Shown here: positions 17,655 to 27,700 of the stretch, piece after piece
How positions within the stretch are numbered: position 1 is the stretch's first letter
Layout: the number at the start of each line of letters is the position of its first letter
Assembly: GCA_964360115.1 (NCBI GenBank)
Contig: CAYHVV010000001.1
Span: forward strand, 1 to 36,197
Length of the DNA stretch: 36,197 bases
Direction of reading: 5' to 3'
From: an uncultured Methanosarcinales archaeon
GTDB taxonomy: Archaea > Nanobdellota > Nanobdellia > Woesearchaeales > GW2011-AR9
Notes under the pieces: model-generated
What the model was told of the DNA's origin: nothing
Databases searched by the model: none
Seen by the model: the letters and a program-made list of their open reading frames with translations, nothing else
Translations under genes and position numbers: made by a program

Positions 17655-17734
17655 TCGGGTCGTTCGTTCAGACCCTGACTATTCCCTTGACATTTTCTCC
17701 GCTTCTTAACCAGCAAAATAGTCAGATTTAAATA
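17655..17734 (+). promoter_or_regulatory. PAR copy 3, with its TATA box 23 nt upstream of the ATG of the giant-gene operon
   Basis: ctcgggtcgttcgttcagaccctgactattcccttgacattttctccgcttcttaaccagcaaaatagtcagatttaaata. Inverted repeat 17675-17683 / 17717-17725. There is no SD before the ATG at 17758, suggesting a leaderless transcript. Confidence 0.75.
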
Positions 17735-17757
17735 CATTTTAATCTTATTTCCTTCTG

Positions 17758-18774
17758 ATGTCAAAAAGAGGACAAGTAACAATCTTTTTAGTAGTGGGTA
17801 TAGTCATTTTACTCTTAGCAGCGTTGTTCTTTTACCTCTTCGGCCAGATGAAAGAAGCGCCGTTGCAAGTGGAAGCAAAGGAAACCGGAGAAGCGCCCAG
17901 TACGCGAGGAGCTTTACAAATATATGTTGAAAATTGTATCGAAAAAACCATTGATCCAGCAACATATTTACTAGCACTGCAGGGCGGGATAATTTATCCG
18001 GATGAAAGTAACAAAATTCTGCTAACTGATTATGGCGTTGTTAATTATGCCTGGTTGAATGGTGCGCAAGGAATTTCCCGCGCTAAAATGGAAGAAGATC
18101 TTGCAGCATATTTGGAAGAATATATTCCTTCGTGTTTAGGTAATTTTGAAACATTTGTCACTCAAAACATTTTAGTTGAATCGGATTTTAATAATGTTCA
18201 AGCAAAGATTTCTATTAAGGAAAATACCATCAATGCAAACTTAGATCTGCCGCTTAAAGTAAATCTAGCTGATGGAGATAAATTGGAATTAGATCATTTT
18301 TCAGCAATGGTGCGTAGCAGCTTAGGTAAAATGCTTACTTCTATTGAAAAATTAAAGTTTCCAATTATAACCCCTTCCGATTTGGTTAACCTTCCGTACC
18401 AATCAACGATATTCCCCTTTGATGAAGCAGTTACCATTTACTCACTAACTGAAGAGAATCAAGAAACTCCGTTATCATTTATGTTTGCAGTTCGTAATGA
18501 TCTTCCCGAGAATAAAGCTCCTTCATTGCATTATATTGCTGACAAGACTTTTCGCGTAGGAGACGTATGGAAAGAAGTATTGACTGCAGAAGACCCTACC
18601 AATGACTTGTTAGAATTTTCTTCTGATTCCAGTTTATTTCCCATTCAAAAAGATGGAACCATTGACGTACAGATAACTCAAGCAGGAGAATTTGAAGTTA
18701 CTTTTAGCGTTAATGATCATCAGGCCGGGGAAGATGAACAACTAGTTACAGTTACAGTGGTGAATAAAGAATGA
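17758..18774 (+). CDS. Pilin-like (class III signal peptide) surface protein, paralog of 13709-15133
   Basis: MSKRGQ|VTIFLVVGIVILLLAALFFYL. Shared core YVENCIEKTIDPATYLLALQGGIIY. C-terminal Ig-like module APSLHYIADKTFRVGDVWKEVLTAEDPTNDLLEFSSDS. Confidence 0.7.
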   Translation: MSKRGQVTIFLVVGIVILLLAALFFYLFGQMKEAPLQVEAKETGEAPSTRGALQIYVENCIEKTIDPATYLLALQGGIIYPDESNKILLTDYGVVNYAWLNGAQGISRAKMEEDLAAYLEEYIPSCLGNFETFVTQNILVESDFNNVQAKISIKENTINANLDLPLKVNLADGDKLELDHFSAMVRSSLGKMLTSIEKLKFPIITPSDLVNLPYQSTIFPFDEAVTIYSLTEENQETPLSFMFAVRNDLPENKAPSLHYIADKTFRVGDVWKEVLTAEDPTNDLLEFSSDSSLFPIQKDGTIDVQITQAGEFEVTFSVNDHQAGEDEQLVTVTVVNKE

Positions 18775-21700
18775 AACCAGTAACTAGAAAAACTATTGTT
18801 ATGGGGTGTGTTTTTCTCTTCCTAGCGAGTCTTTTTGCTGTTGCCCAGGAGTTTCCAGAAACGAATAACCCGCAGGGGCAATCTCCTTATGATCAATTTT
18901 CCAGCAATCCGAATTTATGGACCACGGATAATTTCAATAAGCTCAGTCCAGCAGATCAAGGACAATTTTTAGCAACTAATTACCGCGCAGATTTGGCGCT
19001 GGAATATTACAAAAATCAAAATAACGTCGGCTTGAATAAGATAGTAGATTTAAAATATTTTGCGGATAAAAATAACTTAGGGAAAAATCCAGCTGCTGAT
19101 GATAAATTTTATTCGAGCACTTATACCACTGCAACGCTGACGAGCTTGCGTGATTTCCTGCAGACAGGACTGGAACAGAAAGAGGCTGCTGCACAATATT
19201 TCACTCAAAAGTTCAATACTCCTTATACCTTTGAAGAAGTAGATGAAGATTTTCAATATGATGCTCAAGCAGGAACATTGACCAATGGTAAGAAAACTAT
19301 CAGTTTAAGTGAGTTCAAAGGTGATTCAGCTATCCAAGGGATTATTTCTATCGCAGACGGGTTTAAAATTATCCGGAAAGAAGAACAAGAAACACAGGAA
19401 ATTTCCGTGCAGGGTGATGGAGAGAGAAAAATTCAATATGATGCCCAGAAAGGAAATTTATTATTCAGAGACACACAGGGAAAAGAACAAAGCTTTGATA
19501 TCACTGCTGCAGAACCAGTTCATCTCGATTTTTATCAGGATGGAACTTTAGAGATAGAAGGGCCTGTTTCGGGAACAGTTAATCTTGATAACGAACATAA
19601 GTTCGCAGAATTCAGAAACAGACAGGGAAAATTAGTTATCTATTTCAACGGCGACTTTGAATCAAGAGATGCATTAATAAAAACAGCAAAACTCTACCTC
19701 AATGGACGATTTGAATATAATAAAGAAAAAAACAAAGTAGATGCTTACGATGTGATGAGCAATGATAGAAAAACTATCATTGTTGACAAAGATTCACGCG
19801 TAGGTGCAAAGACACAGGGACAGATTAAAGGAAAAAGTACTTTAGAGATATATCTTTCTAAAGTTTCCGAACACTCAGAATATTTTGTCAAACCTGGTGC
19901 AGCTGAAGAACAGCCGACCGTACAAGAAGTCATTGACAACTTACAGAAGGTTAGACCACCACAAGGAGACGTTGGAAATAACGCAGAAGTATTCATCAGG
20001 AAAAATGCTGAAACTGGAAAAACAATTATTACTTCAAAAGGAAAAGTAGAGATTGGTTTTTATGATGTTGTGAGCGGAAGCATTTCGCGTTCTGAAACTG
20101 AGCCGCACTTTATAGGTGTAAACGGAATTTCTGAGTTTGATTATTTAGGTGCGCCACAGAAACAAATAAACATTCGAGGAAAAGCAGTGTACTCGGATGA
20201 ACAGTACAGCCAGATTGATACACAACAAAATGGCGCTTCTCTCAAGATAATAAAGAATGATTTTGATGATGTTATCCATTCAGGATGTTTTGATTGTGAA
20301 ACTGGATCAACTGCGCTAAGCATAGGCAAACAAGTTGCGACGGCATTACAACAAGGAGATACGTTTACTGAACCTCAGTTTAAAACAATTAGCATCTCTG
20401 CAACAGTTAAAGATAAAGGCCTCGAATATGATTGGGATACGTTTCTTAACAATATGGGTTCTCTTGCAGGCTCAAAAACAGAGGGACAACAAATAATTTT
20501 AGGAAAAAATTTACTATTGAAAAGTATAACCTGTGAAGGTACAAAACAGTGTGATTTCATGCTGGCCAGAGATCAGCAATCAGGAGTAACTTCTGCTTTT
20601 TATGAAGTATACGACCCAGAGACAAATAAAGCAGGTAGAAGAGTTACTATTCCAACTAATATCGGTGAAACCATGGGTAAAGTGACCCTACTCACTTCTA
20701 CTGAGAATTTACAAAAACTACAACAGATTCAAACCTTAATTGAACAACGAAGATATGGGGAAGTTTCAAATTTATTAAAAAATGAACCGTTTGAAGAAGA
20801 TCCTGCTTTGCGCCAGCATCTTCTGAAAACTACGGGAATTGATCTACAACAATTAAATAATCCAGAATACACTCAAAAGCTCAATGAGATAAATAATTAT
20901 TATTCTGATGCACACACAAAAATAAAGACATTACGGGATAGTTATGGAATTAATCTAGATGAAAAAGGTGTGCCTGTATCGACAGAAGATCAGCAAAAAC
21001 TGAACGAAATCTTAAACAAAAAACGCAGTGGGAATGAAATAGCCGCATTTGACTTATACAGCGGAGCAAGAGTTGATTTAGCCCGAGCAGAGAATGAGCA
21101 AGTAGAAGCAATGCATCAATCCTGCGCTGGAAATGCGTATTGCCCCGTAGGAGATGAAGATGTCAAAGCCGCTCAGCAGAAAGTAATTAATGAAGTTCTA
21201 AGAAGAGAAAAATCTCCAGAGGGAATCCAATGGCGGCAAAACTTCGAACTGCAGAAGGAACAAAAAGAACAGCAGAAAGAAGTAGAACTATTAGCCGATA
21301 AATTAGCTGATGCTCAGAAATTAGGTAAAAAAAGAGATGCTACTGAACGTACCTTGACACGTGATCAAGCAGTTCTTGCTAAAACTATTCAAGATCTAAA
21401 TGAGCAGGAAGCAAAAGTACTGAGACTTGAACAAGAACGGAAAGAGAAGGAAAAAAGTATTCAGTTCAGAGATGTTTTGAATGTTGTATTTACGCTAGGC
21501 GAAGGAATTGAACAAGATTTAGATTTGCAGAGAAGTGCTGAAGAATTAGCAAAGAAAGAACTTACCACGCTGGAACTACAGGAATTTAGTTTACAAACTA
21601 GGATTAAAAACGGAAAGGAAGGCCTTAAAAAAATAAATGAAGATATCAACGATCTCACTCTCAATTTCAAAGAACCCACCTCTAAATTAGCATTATTAAG

Positions 21701-24700
21701 CGCCTCTGGCGATGATGAAACCGTCGGCATGATGATACATAATTCTGACTTGCCTTCGGCTAAGAAGGATGAATTATACCAAACTTACCTTGGTTCTGAT
21801 GTAAGCAAGCGCCTTAAAGAAATTAGCGCGGATCAGTCTGTTTCGAATTATGACGAAAAACAAAAACAAATGCTTGACATTATCGGCACCGGAAAAATGA
21901 CACTTAAACGAGCGCAAAATTATGCTGAGCAATACGGTGATATCGGCGGATCAAAAGTAGTTTTAGATCATGTTAAAGCTACTAGACCTGATTTGGTTGA
22001 TACACCAGAATGGAGAACGGCGCAAAATGCTTATGATGCGGCAGTCGATAACCAAATAGCAGAGTTACGACAGGTTGCAGAACAAAATCTTCGGGAAAAA
22101 ATGAAACTCAGTGATGGAACAGAGTCCAGCATTTTTGGTGATAAAAATTCTATTGCTGATTGGACTTTATCTAAGTTGGGTGCCGCGGCTGAAAGCGTGG
22201 GTTCAGGAATACGTTCTGCGAGTTTTAATGCTGTTGCCGGAACACTCGCAGTCGCGGGAGGAGCTTCTTATTTAGTCGGCGCGGAAGAAACAGGAACCAA
22301 TTTATTAGATACAGCGACGGCATTGCATACTTTTGATGATGTGAAGAAGCAGCAAGCAAATGCAGAATTAAGATTACTGGATCAGCAAATAAAATCCTAC
22401 GACAAAGTGCAGGAAATAATTGCAAATGCTCGTCTAAGTGGGAAAGAACCAGATACTGCACTTATCCAGAATGCATTTAGAACCCAAGCACCAATTACTA
22501 ATTTAGCAAAACAAATGGAAGGAAAGGAATTAACGGTAGATGACCAAGCGCAAGCAGCATTGTATAATGTTGAACAATCCGCATTGGTTGCTGGCGGAGA
22601 TGAATTAGTAAAGAATCAATATATCGCCATTCGAGAAGAGTTTGCTGGTAAAAGCGAGGTTGCAGATATAGCAAAAGAAAGAGTACTTAAAGCGGAACAA
22701 CGTGCAGAAGGTTCCTTCTTAACTAACGAACAACTTGGCCTTTATGGAGATGCGTTGATTGATGTTTCTGTTGATGTAACAAATATCATTCCCGGGGTTG
22801 TTTTTGTCAAAGCCGGCAAAGCAGTTGCAAAGTTTGCTGAAGTTACTAAGATTGCTGGAGCTGCCTCTAAAATAGGTCATGCGATAGATGTTGTTAAAGA
22901 TGCAGGTAAATTATTAACTGTATCAAAAGATGCGCGATTGGCTTTGAAAGCAGCAAAGGCAGAATTGTATGCGGCGCAAGTAACTAAAGGGTTAACTGCT
23001 GTAGAAAGAACTGCAGAGATTGCTCGAGCAGAACAGAAAATAAACTTGGCTAGGCAAGCTGTTGAAGGAGAATATCGTGCCAGTAAGGTTGGTCGAGTAA
23101 CAAATGTATTATCTACGCCTGTCTCTTCTGATCTTAGAGCCATAGAAAAATTAAAGTTGGCGACTCAAGATGAACAGTTCAAAGCGGCGCAACAGTTACA
23201 GGCCGCCAGAACAGCAGAAGAAGTGCAAACCGCTCAGGAGGCATATAAAGTTGCTACACAAAGAGTCAGTGATATTGAAAAAACAAAAGAAGCATATTCT
23301 TTAGCGGGTTCATATACAGGTGGTGTAACTTGGTTAGGAAAAGAACGCGCCGTTGGTCCTGGTGCAAAGAAAGCACAACAAGCTCTTGATGAATTTCAGC
23401 AAGCCAGAGAAGCGTATCATGTAGAAAAGATTGCTTTTGGCGCAGATAAAGTATCAGCTGAAACTGTCGAGAATATTATCAAGACTGCAAAAGCAGCAGA
23501 AGAGGCATCATTTGAGAACAGGCTTTCCAATACCATTAAGGGCGCAATCGGTGCGCAGCGAGTTGAAAGAAATGTAGAAAAACTCAAAGCAGCTAAAGTT
23601 GGACTTTCATTTACTGATGATGGTAAACTTGTTGCAGAAGGGTTACAAACCGGCTCTGAAGAAGCCAAATTGGTTGAACAAACTAATAAATTGCTGGATG
23701 AAGATACGGTCATGCGGCATCTTGTTGGCGAAGATGCTAAACGTATCGCAACTCCAGAAGATATCCCGCAACCGCCGCGGAAATTATCCGAACAAGAATT
23801 TGATGAGTTAGATTTACTTGACAAAGAACTTGAAGCGCGAGGAGCTACCTATCATCTTAATGATCAAGACCAAGTAGAGATAAGTATTAATGATGTTGTA
23901 ACTGAAAATGTTGAAGATTTAGAATTATTAAAACAAAAAGCGCAGAGAGCACAACAATTATTTGATGAGGCCGATAAGGAAGATTTGATCAGGCAAACAC
24001 GAGCAAGGATAAATGCAGAAAATGTACTTTCTGATAATGATTTACAGGATGTTGCTGCTCAAGTAAAGAAAGATCTAACTGCTAAAACAAAAGGAGAAGT
24101 TGACGCTGCAGTTATCCCAGAAGTTGCTGGTGAAAAAGCTGCAGAACTGCCTAAACCTCTTGCTGCTAGAGAAACTAGAATAGCAACAGGTGATGATATC
24201 CCGAGACCGGAAGCGATTGAAGAAGCAATTGATTCCAGAACAGCAGGAACCTATTCCATACTCAAGACAGTTCAGCAAGAAGGAAAAGCGCCAACAGTTC
24301 GCGGGTTAGACCATCTCCCAGCGGATATAACTGCAGAAGAAAACGCTCAGCGAGTCTTGGCAAGTGTACCTGAATCAGGCACTACTGTGAGATTAGAAAC
24401 TCTCAATGGTAATATCGAAGAAGGCAAAGTTCTTGCAGCAAATGATAATGGCATAGTCTTAGAGCAAGCAGGAAGACAAAAAACTATTCCCGCTGATAAA
24501 GTAGATACAGTCACGGTTACTGAAAAAGCACCGATAGAAAAGCAAGGAGTTTCTGATGTGGTCGAACCCTGCACTCTCGCTGCCGCTGCGATATACGGAT
24601 TGGCTCCCTGTAATCCTAGTGAAGCTACTAAACTGCCTGCAGAAATTTCCGGCGAGAGAGAAATTGCAGAAAAAGCACCTTCCGTTTCTGAAGAAGAGCA

Positions 24701-27700
24701 ATTTGTACCCGAAGTATCCACCGTCGTAGAAAGACCAGCAAATCTGCGAAGTGAAGGAGCAACTGTCGTTCAACTTCCTGGACGTTCTATAGCAGCAGAG
24801 TCTGTTGAAGTTCCAGCTCAATTAGATATAACTCCTGCCACTATAGATGATATAGACATAATTGTTAATGATCAGATACCACGTACAAAATTAGCTGAGA
24901 GTGAAGCAGCAGCCCTGACTGCAAATAGAGAATATTTTATCGGTCGGGGTGGAGAAGCAATAGTAATAACTGATCCAGAAAATCCAAATTTTGTATATAA
25001 AATAAAACACACCACTAGTCCTGAAGTTGCAGAAACAGCAAATTCTTTCCCTGATGCTAGAACATATTTAGATGCTCTTGGTGAGCATGGCGCAAAAGTA
25101 GATTGGGCAAATACTAATACTATGCGCATCGAGAATTTAAAAGCTTCTGGACACCAACAATTAGGAGACGCGATATTTAACAGCTTGTCACCGGAACAAA
25201 GAGCATTGTATGTAGCGGATGGAACTACTGCTGCGCAAAGACGGATTTTACGAGAACAAGCATTTAGACAAATGACTGAGGAAGAATTTCAAGCGTTTAA
25301 TCAGGCCTTTGATGAGTTTGCTGAAACAGCAACCAAACAGGGAATAAAAATTGGCGATACAGGAATAGATAATATTTGGGTAGGACCGGAAGGATTTACC
25401 GACGGAGTAAAGTTTAAAATTTCTGATGCTGGGGTTGCTCATCAAGTTACTGATCGCAATGCTCTGCGGCAATTTTATCAGCGCAGGAAAGCAGAATTAA
25501 TATCTGGTGACTCTGGCTATTTAGTCACGGGCGAAGATGCGATAGATCTGTATGAAGCTCGCGGATTAATCACTAAAGAAGAAGTGATTAAACTACGTAA
25601 TGAATTACCTGTTCCGGAAACGTTGCTTAAAGAAGTTGAAGAGATAGAATTGCCTTCTTGTTCTATCGGCGGTTCTTTTGTCGGACAAGCTGCAGCAGCG
25701 CCTTGTTTGCCAACTGGCGCGCCAAAAACAATAGATGATTTAGTTGAAGGAGAAAAATTCAGAGTGCGTTCAAAAAGCGGCAATTCCTATGCCGGCAGTT
25801 ATCTTCATACTGAAGGGGGTTTATTAAATTTCGAAACTGGAGAGGAGACAAAAAGATTCTTTGGATTACTGGGCACTAAAAAAGAAACAGGCACGTTGCG
25901 TGTTGAGCTGTTAGATCAAAGCAGTATTATCCGAGAAGGCGATCAAATAAGGATAACTTCCAATAGCGGTATTCCTTACGTCGGCAGATATGCCGGTGAA
26001 GATGCAGAATTCTTCCGGATTAAGTATCCAAATGGAGACACTCTGCGTTTTAAAAAATCTGACTTTAATCTGGATACTATCATCGGAGAAGGAGACGCAG
26101 TCACGCTCAGGAGCAAAAGCGGCAATAGTTATTCCGGACAGTATGTTTCGGAAGCTGACGGATACATCGTTCTCAGAGACGAAAGTGGAAATGCTTTCCG
26201 CTTGAGAAGCGAGATGGTGGATAAAACTTCCATCAAGACACTTGGAATGGAAGAACAATCCATCAAAAATAAAAATAAAGCTTTATTTGCAGATAAGGAA
26301 GAATTTCCTTCACGCCAAAGTAAAGATGTACATGCAAAAGATTTACCTTTTGAAAATGAACCTGCCCCGCGTAGAGTAATATATTCTCTTGAAGACAGGA
26401 TAATAGCAGAAGAACAAGGCCTTATTTTTGAAAATGTACCCTCTTCTAAACTTCCGCCAGGAACCTACACTTATGTTATATTAGAAGACGGGTCAATGGT
26501 GTTTGGAAAAGTAAGCAGTAATTTGGAATTTGGAGTTAAGCATGTCCATCTGGCTAACGGAAGGCCGGTCAAAGTTGCCGGAGAAGTAGCAATTGACGGA
26601 ACTGGAAAATATGTGTTTAATTTACGCAGCGGAACTTTTACTTACCCCCTACTTGACAGTAAATTTGAAAAGTTTAAACATCTGGGAAATGTGAAGGCAC
26701 GGGAAGAAGTTGCTAAATTTGAAAGAACACTGCAAAGAAATATGGACGAGTCTTTCAGTAATTATTTTGGCAGGAAAGGAGAGTTCACAAAAGATCCGGT
26801 TTTACCTAATCAGCCCTCACCGCTGGAAGAATTAGTAAACATTTGCGTAAGAGGCGCAGAGCTTAATATTCTCTCCTGCCAAGCTCCAGATATAAAAGTT
26901 TTAGTTGAGCAGAGAAGAGCAGCGATGGTTTCAGATGCAGTCAATCCTTGCAACATTGCTGCTGCTGCGATTCAGGGATTAGCTCCTTGTGTAACTAGTA
27001 CGGCTGAAATAATGCCTGAGGAACCTGCATTCGTAATTGAAACATCTGGTGTTGTAGAAAGGCCAGTAGAACTTCGTAATGAATTGCCTCTAACCGAAGA
27101 GGTAGTTCCTTCTTCAGAAAAGATTATTTCTGAATGGAGAATGAAAGCAAGAGAAGCACTTAATTCTCAAACGCCAATTGAAATCGGTGAAACTAAAGTT
27201 GTTTTTACTAGAACAGTTGATGACGAAGTTGAAAAGATTGAAGGAGTTCTAACCGCGAAGTATGATGCTAATAATTATTTTTCAATGCAGATAGTCGATT
27301 CTGAAACAGGAGATATTGTTGCTACTCACTACTACCATGTTCGTGGAAAAGAAATTTCAATATTAGAAACGAAGGTTAATCCTAACTATCAAGGAGCAGG
27401 AATGAATCAACAGATGTTCCAGTATATGTCTGATTTACATCCAGAAGCGGAAGTTATGGATACGCTAGTAGCCGGAACTAATTTAGAGGTGTATAAAGCA
27501 TCATTGCAGAAGGGATTAAGTCCTCTTGATGCAATAAAACAAACTCCTGCTTACAAAATAAGAAAAAATGCCGGTTGGGGAGAAATTGATCTTAAACAGT
27601 CAGTACTGCCCAAGTTAGAAGAACTCGAAGAAAGATCGCTTACTTTGATTTCTAAGAGGGAAAATCCGACGGGTGTTCTTCCTCCAGAATTTAAACGCAA

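Noticed and set aside
26461-26650. Naming the beta-rich module (YVILEDGSMVFGK...HVHLANGRPVKVAGEVAIDGTGKYVFNLRSGTFTYP) as a specific polymorphic-toxin domain
   Set aside because: The AGE...G...N.RSG.F..P pattern feels familiar from bacterial toxin C-termini. I cannot place it in a named family from memory, so it is left unassigned.
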